Part shown: positions 21,851 to 34,507 of the stretch, in pieces
Layout: the number at the start of each line of letters is the position of its first letter
How positions within the stretch are numbered: position 1 is the stretch's first letter
Assembly (NCBI RefSeq): GCF_053078305.1
Contig: NZ_CP166879.1
Strand: one strand, 5' to 3'
DNA length: 64,000 nt
Translations under genes and position numbers: made by a program
The notes under the pieces: model-generated
The model's input: only the letters and a program-made list of their open reading frames with translations
Told to the model about the DNA's origin: nothing
Databases searched by the model: none

Positions 21851-21872
21851 AAAAGGCCCGAATGGGCCTTTC
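21851..21872. terminator. Bidirectional terminator between marC and sotB (AAAAGGCCCgaatGGGCCTTTC)
   Basis: Hairpin flanked by A-run and T-run. Confidence 0.6.
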
Positions 21873-21874
21873 AA

Positions 21875-23065
21875 CTATTGCGTCTGTTCTTCGAGTGTCA
21901 CTGGCCAGCGGCGAAATATAATGATTGACCATATTAACGCGGCAAAAGCAGGCACCGCGCCCACATAACCAATCATCGACATTGACCAGTGCAGACTCAC
22001 CTGATTACCTACCAACGCACCCGCCCCGATTCCAATATTAAATATCCCGGAGAATAGCGCCATCGCGACGTCGGTAGCATCTGGTGCCAGCGCCAGCACT
22101 TTAACCTGCATACCAAGCCCGATGATCATCATCGCGATCCCCCAGAAAATACTCAGCATCCCGAGGTGTATTTCACTGTTCGCCGCAGGTAGCAGCAGTG
22201 CCAGGCACACCAGCAACAGCGCAATCGCCGTACTTACCAACGCAGACGCATACTGATTACCCAGTTTACCGAAAATCACGCTGCCAATAATGCCCGCACC
22301 ACCGAGTAATAACAGTAATGCCGTGGCAAAGTTGGCGCTGAATCCCGCAATGTTTTGCACAAAAGGCTCAATATAGCTGTATGCCGTGTAATGGGCGGTG
22401 ACAACCACCACAGTTAACAAATAAATGCTCATCAATGCCGGGCGGCGGAACAATAGCGGGAGGCTTTTCAATGAACCGGAATGCTCACTGGGCAGTAAGG
22501 GAAGTAACTTAATCAGGCACAAAAGGGTAATAAGCGCCCCGATACCAATCGCGAAGAAGGTCATTCGCCAACCGAAATACTGCCCCACAATGCGCCCGAG
22601 AGGTAATCCTAATACCATTGCCAGTGCTGTACCTGTGGCAATTAAACTCAATGCCTGTGCTCGCTTCCCGGCCGGAGCCATACGGATCGCCAGGGACGCC
22701 GTAATCGACCAGAAAATCGCATGTGCAAAAGCCACACCAATGCGACTGATCACCAGGACGGTAAAGCTCCACGATAAAAACGACAGTACGTGGCTGGCAA
22801 TAAACACCACAAACAGGCAGATCAGTAATTTGCGCCGTTCAACCTGGCTGGTCATTAACATAAAAGGCAATGACATTAGCGCTACTACCCATGCGTAAAT
22901 GGTCAACATGATGCCGACCTGAGCGGTTTGCATGTGAAAACTTTGCGCAATGTCAGAGAGCAGGCCAACAGGGACAAATTCGGTGGTGTTGAAGATGAAG
23001 GCGGCGACTGCCAGCGTAACGACCCGTAGCCACGCCACTTTGCGGGAAACAGTGTTTGTTGTCAT
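21875..23065 (-). CDS. sotB: MFS sugar efflux transporter
   Basis: 396-aa ORF (ydeA). Confidence 0.85.
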   Translation of the reverse strand: MTTNTVSRKVAWLRVVTLAVAAFIFNTTEFVPVGLLSDIAQSFHMQTAQVGIMLTIYAWVVALMSLPFMLMTSQVERRKLLICLFVVFIASHVLSFLSWSFTVLVISRIGVAFAHAIFWSITASLAIRMAPAGKRAQALSLIATGTALAMVLGLPLGRIVGQYFGWRMTFFAIGIGALITLLCLIKLLPLLPSEHSGSLKSLPLLFRRPALMSIYLLTVVVVTAHYTAYSYIEPFVQNIAGFSANFATALLLLLGGAGIIGSVIFGKLGNQYASALVSTAIALLLVCLALLLPAANSEIHLGMLSIFWGIAMMIIGLGMQVKVLALAPDATDVAMALFSGIFNIGIGAGALVGNQVSLHWSMSMIGYVGAVPAFAALIWSIIIFRRWPVTLEEQTQ

Positions 23066-23215
23066 AACAGATTATCGGGTGAGTTGCGAAAAAGTGATGA
23101 AATGATCTTAAAACGGTTAATGATGTGAATACAATGCATTTGTGATCTGGATCGCGTTTTCCGTTTCTCTGACGCTGATTCTTTCACGCGTCAGAGAGAC
23201 GGTAAACATCACGGT

Positions 23216-24331
23216 TTAATGACGATCAGGAATGTCTGGCGTTTTGGAGGTTGCGGGTATAGGTGGTCTGACAGGGGAGCGAGGCCTGTTTTTCACCAGG
23301 TCTTCATGAGTAACTTTTGGCGGTGTTTCATTTTTTACAAACAGTTTGAGGGTCTTGCGCGCCATATGTTTGATAATTTTATCATCACTTAATGATGCTG
23401 GCATCAACACGTCATTCAAATCACTTTCATTGGGATTCATAAATTGGTGATAGTGTAACAACATATTGGCGAAAAATAAAAACAAGTCCTGAAAATGAGG
23501 AGATTCTTGTTCTGCTAAAAGGGATAAAAAACAGATGCAGACTTCGGGTAGTACATGTTTGTTAGAACCTAATGAATCCATCAGGCTTTGCAATAAATCC
23601 TCTTTTAATTCGCTGTCCGTTATGTCGAGAATGGCGGTGATCAAGTTAGGATCTTTATTGACGAACCATCTGTGAACCTCAGAGTTATTCCATAATCGGG
23701 GGAGTATGACAAAATTACCGCGAGAGATAAAATTCAGGACAAGCAAATCAAACTGGCGTAAGTAATCTGCAGCGGTATGGTGATCCGGAGGCAGGGGTTC
23801 AATATGTGGTGTATGCGCTCTTTTGATGGGAACGCCAGGGTTGATCATTGGGAATTGTTCAATAAAATCATTCAGAAACAGAAAGAGCACACGCTCGACG
23901 CCGGTCTGAAATACGCGCCCCATAGTAACAGGCTTTGGGTTGGGAGCGCAAAAAATATTAATTTCTCCATCATGGCGGAAATTATCTAAATAAATAGGGC
24001 TTAAATTTATTACTACCTGAAATTCAATATTTTCTTTGTGTCTTCCATTCCTGGCGGGATAAGTGAGTTTAAACTGAACCTTTTCATTGTATAGCGTGTC
24101 GTTACCCCGAAAAGAAGTCCTCTGAATATATGATAAGTTGTCAAGATTATTAAATATCTTTTTTGTGGCTGAGTTGATGTTTAAAGACGTGCGCCACTCT
24201 TCATTACATATTATTGTACTAAGTGCATCAATAAAATCCTTTAAAACTTCTTTTACCTGCTGTGCAATATTACGAACGGGAAAATCATCAGGAAGAGATA
24301 TGTAATTGCTGATGCTTACTGGCGTAACCAT
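23216..24331 (-). CDS. yneK: Uncharacterized protein YneK
   Basis: 371-aa ORF, AT-rich. Confidence 0.7.
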   Translation of the reverse strand: MVTPVSISNYISLPDDFPVRNIAQQVKEVLKDFIDALSTIICNEEWRTSLNINSATKKIFNNLDNLSYIQRTSFRGNDTLYNEKVQFKLTYPARNGRHKENIEFQVVINLSPIYLDNFRHDGEINIFCAPNPKPVTMGRVFQTGVERVLFLFLNDFIEQFPMINPGVPIKRAHTPHIEPLPPDHHTAADYLRQFDLLVLNFISRGNFVILPRLWNNSEVHRWFVNKDPNLITAILDITDSELKEDLLQSLMDSLGSNKHVLPEVCICFLSLLAEQESPHFQDLFLFFANMLLHYHQFMNPNESDLNDVLMPASLSDDKIIKHMARKTLKLFVKNETPPKVTHEDLVKNRPRSPVRPPIPATSKTPDIPDRH

Positions 24332-24408
24332 ATTTGCCCCATATAGTCATAAGTCATCGGAACATCACTATATAGAGCATATTAGCCGCAAGAACTATCA
24401 AAAATAGC

Positions 24409-25290
24409 TCATTGATATCCCTGTCTTGCCGAGTCAGGCACATCCAGCAGTTGAATAAATGCCTCGAGCGGACGTGTTTTCGCACCACGACGCCAGACCA
24501 GCCAGGTTGTTAACCAACGCCATTGCTCAGCTAACGGCCACGCTTCAACCTGGTGATGCCCCGGCATACTTTCCAGCATAGAGCGCGGAATAAGCGCAAT
24601 GCCTGCTCCTGCGACTACACAGGCCAACATTCCGTGATAAGACTCCATCTCATGGATAGTTCCCGGAGCGGCACCGTCAGCATGAAACCAGCTCTCGAAG
24701 TGGCGACGATACGAACAATTGGCGCGGAAGGCATAAATGTTACTGCCATTAACCTGACTGGCACGGATTACTGGCGCATTACCTTGTGGCGTGACGATCA
24801 TCAGCTCCTCGCGGTATACCGGTATCCCGTCAATGGCAGTATGGTTAATGGGTCCATCAATAAACGCCGCGGTAAGTTTTCCCTCCAGCACACCTTCCAG
24901 CATAGTGCCGGAAGGGCCGGTGGAAAGTGAAAACTGAATTTTGGGATAACGACGGTTGAATTCCGCCAGCGTGGCCGGAATGCGAACTGCTGCGGTGCTT
25001 TCCAGCGAACCCAGAGAAAATAAACCTTGCGGCTCATCGCCAGCGACAACGCTCCGCGCTTCATCCACTAACGCGAGAATTTGTTGGCTATAGCGTAAAA
25101 AGTTATGCCCGGCAGGAGATAGACGTAAACGCTGATTCTCGCGAATAAACAGATCTACCCCCAGTTCTGTTTCCAGCTGGCGTAGACGGGTAGTGAGATT
25201 CGACGGCACGCGATGCACTATTGATGCAGCCTGCGTAATGCTGCCAGCTTCGGCAACCGCGTTGAACATCTCCAGTTGGGTCAGATCCAT
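24409..25290 (-). CDS. yneJ: LysR-family transcriptional regulator, divergent from sad
   Basis: 293-aa ORF with N-terminal HTH. Confidence 0.85.
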   Translation of the reverse strand: MDLTQLEMFNAVAEAGSITQAASIVHRVPSNLTTRLRQLETELGVDLFIRENQRLRLSPAGHNFLRYSQQILALVDEARSVVAGDEPQGLFSLGSLESTAAVRIPATLAEFNRRYPKIQFSLSTGPSGTMLEGVLEGKLTAAFIDGPINHTAIDGIPVYREELMIVTPQGNAPVIRASQVNGSNIYAFRANCSYRRHFESWFHADGAAPGTIHEMESYHGMLACVVAGAGIALIPRSMLESMPGHHQVEAWPLAEQWRWLTTWLVWRRGAKTRPLEAFIQLLDVPDSARQGYQ

Positions 25291-25390
25291 AATATTCTCG
25301 ATTCGTGAATAAGTGGCTTAATATTATTCATTTTAAAGCAAGAGTAAATCTGCGTATCTTCATACCATGACTCATAAAGGAGATACCCCG

Positions 25391-26779
25391 ATGACCATTA
25401 CTCCGGCAACTCATGCAATTTCGATAAATCCTGCCACGGGTGAACAACTTTCTGTGTTGCCGTGGGCTGGCGCTGATGATATCGAAAACGCACTTCAGCT
25501 GGCGGCAGCAGGCTTTCGTGACTGGCGCGAGACAAATATAGATTATCGTGCTGAAAAACTGCGTGATATCGGTAAGGCTCTGCGCGCCCGTAGCGAAGAA
25601 ATGGCGCAAATGATCACCCGCGAAATGGGCAAACCAATCAACCAGGCGCGCGCTGAAGTGGCGAAATCGGCGAATTTGTGTGACTGGTATGCAGAACATG
25701 GTCCGGCAATGCTGAAGGCGGAACCTACGCTGGTGGAAAATCAGCAGGCAGTTATTGAGTATCGACCGTTGGGGACGATTCTGGCGATTATGCCGTGGAA
25801 TTTTCCGTTATGGCAGGTGATGCGTGGCGCTGTTCCCATCATTCTTGCTGGTAACGGATACTTACTTAAACATGCGCCGAATGTGATGGGCTGTGTTCAG
25901 CTCATTGCCCAGGTGTTTAAAGATGCGGGAATCCCACAAGGCGTATATGGCTGGCTGAATGCCGACAATGACGGTGTCACTCAGATGATTAAAGACTCGC
26001 GCATTGCTGCTATCACGGTGACCGGAAGTGTTCGTGCTGGAGCGGCTATTGGTGCACAGGCTGGAGCGGCACTGAAAAAATGCGTACTGGAACTGGGCGG
26101 TTCGGATCCATTTATTGTGCTTAACGATGCCGATCTGGAACTGGCGGTTAAAGCGGCGGTAGCCGGACGTTATCAGAATACCGGACAGGTTTGTGCAGCG
26201 GCAAAACGCTTTATTATCGAAGAGGGAATTGCTTCGGCATTTACCGAACGTTTTGTGGCAGCTGCGGCAGCCTTGAAAATGGGCGATCCCCGTGACGAAG
26301 AGAACGCTCTCGGACCAATGGCTCGTTTCGATTTACGTGATGAGCTGCATCATCAGGTGGAGAAAACCCTGGCGCAGGGTGCGCGTTTGTTACTGGGCGG
26401 GGAAAAGATGGCTGGGGCAGGTAACTACTATCCGCCAACGGTTCTGGCGAATGTTACCCCAGAAATGACCGCTTTTCGGGAAGAAATGTTTGGCCCCGTT
26501 GCGGCAATCACCATTGCGAAAGATGCAGAACATGCGCTGGAACTGGCTAATGATAGTGAGTTCGGCCTTTCAGCGACCATTTTTACCACCGACGAAACAC
26601 AGGCCAGACAGATGGCGGCACGTCTGGAATGCGGTGGGGTGTTTATCAATGGTTATTGTGCCAGCGACGCGCGAGTGGCCTTTGGTGGCGTGAAAAAGAG
26701 TGGCTTTGGTCGTGAGCTTTCCCATTTCGGATTACACGAATTCTGTAATATCCAGACGGTGTGGAAAGACCGGATCTGA
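25391..26779 (+). CDS. sad: NAD+-dependent succinate-semialdehyde dehydrogenase
   Basis: 462 aa from MTITPATHA; aldehyde dehydrogenase family (yneI). Confidence 0.9.
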   Translation: MTITPATHAISINPATGEQLSVLPWAGADDIENALQLAAAGFRDWRETNIDYRAEKLRDIGKALRARSEEMAQMITREMGKPINQARAEVAKSANLCDWYAEHGPAMLKAEPTLVENQQAVIEYRPLGTILAIMPWNFPLWQVMRGAVPIILAGNGYLLKHAPNVMGCVQLIAQVFKDAGIPQGVYGWLNADNDGVTQMIKDSRIAAITVTGSVRAGAAIGAQAGAALKKCVLELGGSDPFIVLNDADLELAVKAAVAGRYQNTGQVCAAAKRFIIEEGIASAFTERFVAAAAALKMGDPRDEENALGPMARFDLRDELHHQVEKTLAQGARLLLGGEKMAGAGNYYPPTVLANVTPEMTAFREEMFGPVAAITIAKDAEHALELANDSEFGLSATIFTTDETQARQMAARLECGGVFINGYCASDARVAFGGVKKSGFGRELSHFGLHEFCNIQTVWKDRI

Positions 26780-26842
26780 CGCGACATATTCAGCTCTGAT
26801 ATACTCGCAGGTCTTTTCAGACCTGCGGTCCAGGAGTAGAAA

Positions 26843-27769
26843 GTGGCAGTCGCCATGGATAATGCAATTTTAGAAAACATCTTGCGGCAAGTGCGGCCGC
26901 TCATTGGTCAGGGTAAAGTCGCGGATTATATTCCGGCGCTGGCTACAGTAGACGGTTCCCGATTGGGCATTGCTATCTGTACCGTTGACGGACAGCTTTT
27001 TCAGGCCGGAGACGCGCAAGAACGTTTTTCCATTCAGTCTATTTCTAAAGTGCTGAGTCTCGTTGTCGCCATGCGTCATTACTCCGAAGAGGAAATCTGG
27101 CAACGCGTCGGCAAAGATCCGTCTGGATCACCGTTCAATTCTTTAGTGCAACTGGAAATGGAGCAGGGTATTCCGCGTAATCCGTTTATTAATGCTGGTG
27201 CGCTGGTGGTCTGCGATATGTTGCAAGGGCGATTAAGCGCACCACGGCAACGTATGCTGGAAGTCGTGCGCGGCTTAAGCGGTGCGTCTGATATTTCCTA
27301 CGATACGGTGGTAGCGCGTTCCGAATTTGAACATTCCGCGCGAAATGCGGCTATCGCCTGGCTGATGAAGTCGTTTGGCAATTTCCATCATGACGTGACA
27401 ACCGTTCTGCAAAACTATTTTCATTACTGCGCTCTGAAAATGAGCTGTGTAGAGCTGGCCCGGACGTTTGTCTTTCTGGCTAATCAGGGGAAAGCTATTC
27501 ATATTGATGAACCTGTGGTGACGCCAATGCAGGCACGGCAAATTAACGCGCTGATGGCGACCAGTGGTATGTACCAGAACGCGGGGGAGTTTGCCTGGCG
27601 GGTGGGACTACCGGCGAAATCTGGCGTTGGTGGCGGTATTGTGGCGATTGTTCCGCATGAAATGGCCATCGCAGTCTGGAGTCCGGAACTGGATGATGCA
27701 GGTAACTCGCTTGCGGGTATCGCCGTCCTTGAACAATTGACGAAACAGTTAGGGCGTTCGGTTTATTAA
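26843..27769 (+). CDS. glsB: Glutaminase 2
   Basis: 308-aa ORF (yneH), serine-dependent glutaminase family. Confidence 0.9.
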   Translation: MAVAMDNAILENILRQVRPLIGQGKVADYIPALATVDGSRLGIAICTVDGQLFQAGDAQERFSIQSISKVLSLVVAMRHYSEEEIWQRVGKDPSGSPFNSLVQLEMEQGIPRNPFINAGALVVCDMLQGRLSAPRQRMLEVVRGLSGASDISYDTVVARSEFEHSARNAAIAWLMKSFGNFHHDVTTVLQNYFHYCALKMSCVELARTFVFLANQGKAIHIDEPVVTPMQARQINALMATSGMYQNAGEFAWRVGLPAKSGVGGGIVAIVPHEMAIAVWSPELDDAGNSLAGIAVLEQLTKQLGRSVY

Positions 27770-28128
27770 TGCAGTCTCTCGATCCACTCTTCGCGCGTTT
27801 ATCCCGTTCAAAATTTCGATCTCGCTTTCGTTTGGGCATGAAAGAGCGTCAGTATTGTCTGGAGAAAGGCGCGCCAGTCATCGAACAACATGCGGCGGAT
27901 TTTGTCGCTAAACGTCTTGCTCCGGCATTACCGGCTAATGACGGTAAACAAACCCCCATGCGCGGGCATCCGGTGTTTATCGCTCAGCACGCCACCGCGA
28001 CCTGCTGTCGCGGTTGTCTGGCTAAGTGGCATAACATTCCGCAGGGTGTTTCGTTAAGCGAAGAACAACAACGTTATATCGTGGCGGTAATCTATCACTG
28101 GCTGGTTGTACAGATGAATCAGCCATGA
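27769..28128 (+). CDS. yneG: Uncharacterized protein YneG
   Basis: 119-aa ORF overlapping the glsB stop. Confidence 0.7.
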   Translation: MQSLDPLFARLSRSKFRSRFRLGMKERQYCLEKGAPVIEQHAADFVAKRLAPALPANDGKQTPMRGHPVFIAQHATATCCRGCLAKWHNIPQGVSLSEEQQRYIVAVIYHWLVVQMNQP

Positions 28129-28266
28129 GAATTGCGGAAAACGATAAAATAGCATTCCCAGGGTACCTTTATTTGCCGCCGCTGTCAGCGAACATGCTAT
28201 CCTTTATGAGAATTTACTTATTACGTTGAGATAATTGCCACCCGCAATTGTATGGACAGATAATTA

Positions 28267-29685
28267 ATGCATGTACACCCCATTTCAACTTTCCGTTTGT
28301 TCCAGGAAGGTCATCTGCTACGTAATAGCATCGCTATTTTTGCGCTAACCACGCTGTTCTATTTTATTGGTGCAGAGTTACGGCTGGTTCACGAACTTTC
28401 TCTTTTCTGGCCGCTGAATGGCGTAATGGCGGGGGTGTTTGCCCGCTATGTCTGGCTTAATCGACTGCATTACTATGCGATCAGTTATGTGGCGATGCTG
28501 GTTTATGATGCCATAACCACCGAATGGGGACTGGTTTCACTGGCTATCAATTTCTCCAATATGATGTTTATTGTTACCGTCGCCTTACTGGTCGTGCGGG
28601 ATAAGCGTTTGGGGAAAAATAAGTATGAGCCAGTAAGTGCCTTACGGCTATTTAATTACTGTCTGATTGCCGCATTATTATGCGCTATTGTCGGGGCGAT
28701 TGGTTCGGTCAGTATTGATAGTCTGGATTTCTGGCCTTTGCTTGCGGACTGGTTCAGTGAGCAATTCTCAACGGGCGTGTTGATCGTGCCTTGTATGCTG
28801 ACGTTGGCTATTCCTGGAGTGCTGCCGCGCTTTAAAGCAGAACAGATGATGCCCGCCATCGCGCTTATTGTGTCGGTTATTGCCTCGGTAGTCATTGGTG
28901 GAGCGGGGAGTCTGGCGTTCCCGCTGCCTGCATTAATCTGGTGTGCAGTGCGCTATACGCCGCAGGTAACATGTCTGTTGACCTTTGTCACCGGTGCGGT
29001 GGAAATCGTACTGGTGGCTAATTCGGTGATTGATATCTCGGTCGGTTCGCCGTTCTCCATTCCGGAAATGTTCTCCGCACGTCTCGGTATTGCCACGATG
29101 GCGATATGCCCAATTATGGTTTCTTTTAGCGTGGCAGCGATCAATTCGCTAATGAAGCAAGTTGCGCTGCGAGCCGACTTTGATTTTCTGACTCAGGTTT
29201 ACTCACGGTCCGGTCTTTATGAGGCGCTGAAAAGTCCATCGCTGAAACAGACACAACATCTGACTGTCATGCTGCTTGATATCGACTATTTCAAAAGTAT
29301 TAACGATAACTATGGACATGAATGTGGCGATAAAGTGTTAAGCGTGTTTGCCCGGCATATCCAGAAGATTGTCGGTGATAAGGGGCTGGTGGCGCGAATG
29401 GGCGGCGAAGAATTTGCTGTTGCAGTGCCGTCGGTGAATCCTGTCGATGGTCTGCTAATGGCGGAAAAAATCCGTAAAGGCGTTGAACTGCAACCATTCA
29501 CCTGGCAACAAAAAACGCTTTATCTCACGGTAAGTATTGGCGTCGGTAGTGGTCGCGCATCGTACCGAACGCTGACCGATGACTTTAATAAATTGATGGT
29601 CGAAGCCGATACGTGTCTGTATCGCTCGAAGAAAGATGGGCGCAACCGTACCAGCACTATGCGTTACGGTGAGGAAGTTGTCTGA
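28267..29685 (+). CDS. dgcF: Membrane diguanylate cyclase (N-terminal multi-TM sensor + GGEEF)
   Basis: 472-aa ORF with RMGGEEF motif (yneF); true start may lie downstream. Confidence 0.8.
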   Translation: MHVHPISTFRLFQEGHLLRNSIAIFALTTLFYFIGAELRLVHELSLFWPLNGVMAGVFARYVWLNRLHYYAISYVAMLVYDAITTEWGLVSLAINFSNMMFIVTVALLVVRDKRLGKNKYEPVSALRLFNYCLIAALLCAIVGAIGSVSIDSLDFWPLLADWFSEQFSTGVLIVPCMLTLAIPGVLPRFKAEQMMPAIALIVSVIASVVIGGAGSLAFPLPALIWCAVRYTPQVTCLLTFVTGAVEIVLVANSVIDISVGSPFSIPEMFSARLGIATMAICPIMVSFSVAAINSLMKQVALRADFDFLTQVYSRSGLYEALKSPSLKQTQHLTVMLLDIDYFKSINDNYGHECGDKVLSVFARHIQKIVGDKGLVARMGGEEFAVAVPSVNPVDGLLMAEKIRKGVELQPFTWQQKTLYLTVSIGVGSGRASYRTLTDDFNKLMVEADTCLYRSKKDGRNRTSTMRYGEEVV

Positions 29686-29911
29686 CATCTTTATTCATTC
29701 AGAGTGATTTGAATGCAATGTGTTCTACCACTTTATGATCCAGGAAAAGGCGTATTTCCTCGATTAAACCATGATCCGCGCCACACTTTTCTCATAAAAC
29801 TGCTCATTAATCATCAGGAGTTGATCAAAACAGGGGTTCGGCGTATTAAAGTTTGCTAACCTGTCGTACCAATTCAAACAGGTTGTATGACTAATCAGAA
29901 GGGAACCCATT

Positions 29912-31363
29912 GTGAAAACACTAAATCGTCGCGATTTTCCCGGTGCACAGTATCCAGAACGTATCATTCAGTTTGGTGAAGGTAACTTCCTGCGCGCCTT
30001 TGTTGACTGGCAAATCGATCTCCTGAATGAGCACACCGATCTGAATTCTGGTGTGGTCGTTGTTCGTCCGATTGAAACTTCATTCCCGCCGTCACTGAGC
30101 ACGCAGGATGGTCTGTACACCACCATTATCCGTGGCCTGAATGAGAAGGGGGAAGCGGTCAGCGACGCGCGTCTGATTCGCTCTGTTAATCGTGAAATCA
30201 GCGTCTACAGTGAATACGATGAATTCCTGAAACTGGCGCACAACCCGGAAATGCGCTTTGTTTTCTCTAACACCACCGAAGCGGGTATCAGCTACCATGC
30301 GGGCGATAAATTCGATGACGCGCCAGCGGTAAGTTATCCGGCAAAACTGACTCGTCTACTGTTCGAACGTTTCAGTCATTTCAACGGCGCGCAGGATAAA
30401 GGTTGGATCATCATCCCTTGTGAACTGATCGACTATAACGGCGATGCGCTGCGTGAACTGGTTCTGCGCTACGCACAAGAGTGGGCGCTACCAGAAGCAT
30501 TTATTCAATGGCTGGATCAGGCTAACAGCTTCTGCTCTACGCTGGTGGATCGTATCGTTACCGGTTATCCGCGTGATGAAGTGGCGAAACTGGAAGAAGA
30601 ACTGGGTTATCACGATGGTTTCCTCGACACCGCGGAACACTTTTACCTGTTTGTGATTCAGGGGCCGAAATCCTTAGCGACTGAACTGCGGCTGGACAAA
30701 TATCCGCTCAACGTGCTGATTGTTGACGATATTAAACCGTATAAAGAGCGCAAAGTGGCAATCCTCAACGGTGCGCACACCGCGCTGGTGCCGGTGGCGT
30801 TCCAGGCAGGGCTGGATACCGTAGGTGAAGCGATGAACGATGCTGAAATTTGCGCATTCGTTGAAAACGCTATCTACGAAGAGATTATTCCGGTACTGGA
30901 TTTGCCACGCGATGAGCTGGAATCTTTTGCCAGTGCAGTCACCGGGCGTTTCCGTAACCCGTACATTAAGCATCAGCTGCTGTCTATCGCGCTCAACGGT
31001 ATGACCAAGTTCCGCACCCGCATCCTGCCGCAGCTACTGGCAGGGCAGAAGGCAAACGGCACACTTCCGGCGCGCCTTACTTTCGCATTAGCGGCATTGA
31101 TTGCGTTCTATCGCGGTGAGCGTAACGGAGAAACATATCCGGTACAGGACGATGCACACTGGCTGGAACGTTATCAGCAACTCTGGAGCCAGCATCGTGA
31201 CCGTGTTATCGGTACCCAGGAACTGGTTGCGATTGTGTTGGCAGAAAAAGACCACTGGGAGCAGGACCTGACGCAAGTGCCTGGTCTGGTCGAGCAGGTT
31301 GCTAATGACCTGGATGCGATTCTTGAAAAAGGGATGCGCGAAGCTGTACGTCCGTTGTGCTAA
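29912..31363 (+). CDS. uxaB: Altronate oxidoreductase (tagaturonate reductase), GTG start
   Basis: 483-aa ORF. Confidence 0.95.
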   Translation: MKTLNRRDFPGAQYPERIIQFGEGNFLRAFVDWQIDLLNEHTDLNSGVVVVRPIETSFPPSLSTQDGLYTTIIRGLNEKGEAVSDARLIRSVNREISVYSEYDEFLKLAHNPEMRFVFSNTTEAGISYHAGDKFDDAPAVSYPAKLTRLLFERFSHFNGAQDKGWIIIPCELIDYNGDALRELVLRYAQEWALPEAFIQWLDQANSFCSTLVDRIVTGYPRDEVAKLEEELGYHDGFLDTAEHFYLFVIQGPKSLATELRLDKYPLNVLIVDDIKPYKERKVAILNGAHTALVPVAFQAGLDTVGEAMNDAEICAFVENAIYEEIIPVLDLPRDELESFASAVTGRFRNPYIKHQLLSIALNGMTKFRTRILPQLLAGQKANGTLPARLTFALAALIAFYRGERNGETYPVQDDAHWLERYQQLWSQHRDRVIGTQELVAIVLAEKDHWEQDLTQVPGLVEQVANDLDAILEKGMREAVRPLC

Positions 31364-31370
31364 TACTCTG

Positions 31371-31399
31371 AACCCGGTTTCGACCGGGTTTCTTATTTC
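31371..31399 (+). terminator. Rho-independent terminator of uxaB
   Basis: AACCCGGT/ACCGGGTT hairpin plus T-rich tail. Confidence 0.6.
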
Positions 31400-31559
31400 A
31401 TTATATTAGTTACAACATCCTATGAGCCTTTATCATTAACAGGTGCCACATGCAGCGCCTGTTAATGTTGTAATTTTGTAGGTAATTTGTAAGTAGCGTC
31501 TTGAGAATGTGATCGTAATCACGTTTAATAGGGCGACTTTTCCACGCCTGAAGATAACC

Positions 31560-32474
31560 ATGATTGTTCGTCCACAACAACACTGGCTGCGCCGTATTTT
31601 TGTCTGGCACGGTTCAGTATTATCCAAGATATCCTCGCGCTTACTACTCAATTTTCTCTTTTCTATCGCTGTTATTTTCATGCTGCCCTGGTACACGCAT
31701 TTGGGCATTAAATTCACCCTCGCACCGTTCAGCATTCTCGGTGTCGCCATCGCCATTTTTCTTGGTTTTCGTAATAATGCCGGTTACGCCCGTTACGTTG
31801 AAGCGCGAAAACTTTGGGGGCAGTTGATGATTGCCTCGCGGTCGTTACTGCGCGAGGTAATAACGACATTGCCGGATTCGGCAAGTGTAAGGGAGTTTGC
31901 CCGGCTGCAAATCGCCTTCGCTCACTGTTTACGCATGACATTACGCAAACAGCCACAGGCGGAAGTGCTGGCTCATTATCTCAAGACTGAAGATCTTCAG
32001 CGTGTACTGGCTTCGAACTCTCCAGCTAACCGTATCTTGTTAATAATGGGAGAATGGTTGGCGGTTCAGCGCCGCAATGGACAGCTTTCAGATATCCTGT
32101 TTATTAGCCTCAACGATCGGCTTAACGATATTTCAGCGGTTCTGGCAGGCTGCGAGCGCATTGCCTACACGCCAATTCCCTTTGCCTACACCCTGATTTT
32201 GCATCGTACCGTTTATCTGTTTTGTATCATGCTGCCGTTCGCGCTGGTCGTGGACCTGCATTACATGACGCCTTTTATCTCTGTGCTGATTTCCTACACT
32301 TTTATTTCGCTGGATTGTCTGGCGGAAGAACTGGAAGATCCGTTCGGTACTGAAAACAATGATTTACCGCTGGATGCCATCTGCAACGCTATTGAAATTG
32401 ACCTCTTACAGATGAACGATGAAGCCGAAATTCCAGCAAAAATTCTTCCCGATCGCCATTACCAACTGACGTGA
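31560..32474 (+). CDS. yneE: Bestrophin-family putative anion channel
   Basis: 304 aa from MIVRPQQHWLRR; ORF track begins 17 codons upstream. Confidence 0.8.
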   Translation: MIVRPQQHWLRRIFVWHGSVLSKISSRLLLNFLFSIAVIFMLPWYTHLGIKFTLAPFSILGVAIAIFLGFRNNAGYARYVEARKLWGQLMIASRSLLREVITTLPDSASVREFARLQIAFAHCLRMTLRKQPQAEVLAHYLKTEDLQRVLASNSPANRILLIMGEWLAVQRRNGQLSDILFISLNDRLNDISAVLAGCERIAYTPIPFAYTLILHRTVYLFCIMLPFALVVDLHYMTPFISVLISYTFISLDCLAEELEDPFGTENNDLPLDAICNAIEIDLLQMNDEAEIPAKILPDRHYQLT

Positions 32475-32477
32475 TAT

Positions 32478-33236
32478 TTACTCCGTACGGCGGGCAACAA
32501 TAAACAGACGCGGAAATGCCAGCAGTATCTGTCCGTTCTCTTGCAGTGGATACTGCTCTTCCAACATCTGATGGTAGCGCGTAAGAAAAAGCTGCTGTTC
32601 GCTCTCGGTCAGATCCTGTAACCACGGACGTAATCCAGTGGCTGTTACCCAATCGATAATCGCCTGGTGCGAAGGCATCTGGTGATAGTAAGTGGTTCGC
32701 CAGATATCGACCTCACATCCGGCTTCGCTCAAAATATCGTAGTAAGCATGAACACCAGCCAGCGGCTCACGCCCGCGATCCGGGTAGTTTTGTTCCCAGG
32801 CAACTTCGCGCATGAGCACATGGGTCGGCTCCAGCCAGTTATCTGGCATCTGTACTGCCAGCACGCCCTGCGGATTAAGTAAAGAAACCAAGTGAGGAAA
32901 CAATTCGTAGTGGTCGGGCAGCCATTGCAGTGAGGCATTAGCAAAAATCAGATCGAGTGCCTGTTCCGGTTGCCAGTTGCGGATGTCTGCTTCCACGAAC
33001 TGGCAGTCTGGCAAAGCACTGCGCGCTTCAGCAATCATCGCCGGAGACGAGTCGATGCCCGTTATCCTTGCAGCAGGCCAACGTTGATGCAGCAGGGCGG
33101 TGCTGTTACCTGGGCCACAGCCAAGATCGGCAACATATTCGACATTCTCCAGCGGCACTCTGGCAAGCAGCTCCACCGCCGGACGCGATCGTTCAGCGGC
33201 AAAGTGCAGATATAAAGAGGGGTTCCAGTCAGACAT
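32478..33236 (-). CDS. tam: trans-Aconitate 2-methyltransferase
   Basis: 252-aa ORF with SAM-binding DLGCGPG motif. Confidence 0.9.
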   Translation of the reverse strand: MSDWNPSLYLHFAAERSRPAVELLARVPLENVEYVADLGCGPGNSTALLHQRWPAARITGIDSSPAMIAEARSALPDCQFVEADIRNWQPEQALDLIFANASLQWLPDHYELFPHLVSLLNPQGVLAVQMPDNWLEPTHVLMREVAWEQNYPDRGREPLAGVHAYYDILSEAGCEVDIWRTTYYHQMPSHQAIIDWVTATGLRPWLQDLTESEQQLFLTRYHQMLEEQYPLQENGQILLAFPRLFIVARRTE

Positions 33237-33292
33237 TTATTTACTCCCGTCAGCGCGTTACCCCAATTGTAGATAAAACTGATAAATTCGCC

Positions 33293-33583
33293 TCACGGCA
33301 TCAACCCATTGAACAGACGTTTTTTACGCGGCCCGGTCATTAAAGATTCCAGTTTCGCGACACAGGTTTTGTAGTGGGGCGTGGTTTTATGGAATGCCAC
33401 TGCGTCTTCATCTTTATAGGCTTCGTAGATATAAAAGCGCGAATTCACTTCCGGGTCCTGTAAGACATCGAAGCGCAAATTGCCTTCTTCCTGTACAGAG
33501 CCCAGGTGGTTCTGGCGAAAAACTTCGATAAACTCGTCAACCTTGTCTTCATGAACGTTAATTTCAACCAGTGTGACGTGCAT
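33293..33583 (-). CDS. lsrG: Phospho-AI-2 (P-DPD) isomerase
   Basis: 96 aa from [10 protein letters not shown]. Confidence 0.9.
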   Translation of the reverse strand: MHVTLVEINVHEDKVDEFIEVFRQNHLGSVQEEGNLRFDVLQDPEVNSRFYIYEAYKDEDAVAFHKTTPHYKTCVAKLESLMTGPRKKRLFNGLMP

Positions 33584-33605
33584 GTTTCTTCTCCTTAATC
33601 CGCAG

Positions 33606-34481
33606 TTACTGTTTTTCACTCAGATAGAGTTCATATGCCCGATCAGCCGTTTCGTTATGGTGTACCACCGCCTGTACGGCTTTCATCATTGCCACCGGAT
33701 GGTCAGACTGGAAAATATTACGCCCCATATCCACACCAGAAGCGCCCTGATCGATAGCCTGCCAGCACATTTCCAGCGCCTCGCGCTCCGGTAATTTTTT
33801 ACCGCCAGCAATAACAATGGGTACCGGACATCCGGCAACAATCCGTTCAAAACCTTTTTCGACATAATAGGTTTTGATAATTTGCGCCCCCATTTCAGCG
33901 GCTATTCGAGTCGCGAGCGAGAAATAACGCTGATCGCGCACCATATCTTTGCCCACGCCTGTCACGGCCATGGTCGGCATTCCCACTTTCATTCCGGCAT
34001 CGACCAGCTGAATAATATTTTTGATCGACTGATGTTCATATTCGCTGCCGATATAAACCTGCGCCGCCACCGCGCAACTGTTCAGGCGCACGGCGTCATC
34101 CATCGATAACGCCACGGCTTCATTGCTTAATTCCGCCAGAATAGAGTTCGCACCTGACGCCCGCAGTACCACCGGCTTATTGGTCGCTGGGGGGACTACG
34201 CTGCGCAAAATACCGCGCGTACACATTAATACATCGGCATGTTCAAACAGCGGGGCGATATTTATATCAATGCGTTCAAGTCCGGTAGTCGGCCCCTGAA
34301 AATAACCATGGTCAAAGGCCAGCATCACGGTTTTACCCGTTTTCGGATTAAATATCCGCGATAACCGTGACTGCATTCCCCAATCCAGCGCACCGCAACC
34401 TTTCAGGGTAAAAGGGATATTTTTTTGCGGTTGATCGGTACGAAAATCTTTACCATCTTTAATATCGTCTAAATCTGCCAT
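33606..34481 (-). CDS. lsrF: 3-hydroxy-5-phosphonooxypentane-2,4-dione thiolase (aldolase-like)
   Basis: 291-aa ORF. Confidence 0.9.
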   Translation of the reverse strand: MADLDDIKDGKDFRTDQPQKNIPFTLKGCGALDWGMQSRLSRIFNPKTGKTVMLAFDHGYFQGPTTGLERIDINIAPLFEHADVLMCTRGILRSVVPPATNKPVVLRASGANSILAELSNEAVALSMDDAVRLNSCAVAAQVYIGSEYEHQSIKNIIQLVDAGMKVGMPTMAVTGVGKDMVRDQRYFSLATRIAAEMGAQIIKTYYVEKGFERIVAGCPVPIVIAGGKKLPEREALEMCWQAIDQGASGVDMGRNIFQSDHPVAMMKAVQAVVHHNETADRAYELYLSEKQ

Positions 34482-34507
34482 AACTTACTCCGGTTAAGTA
34501 ATGCACA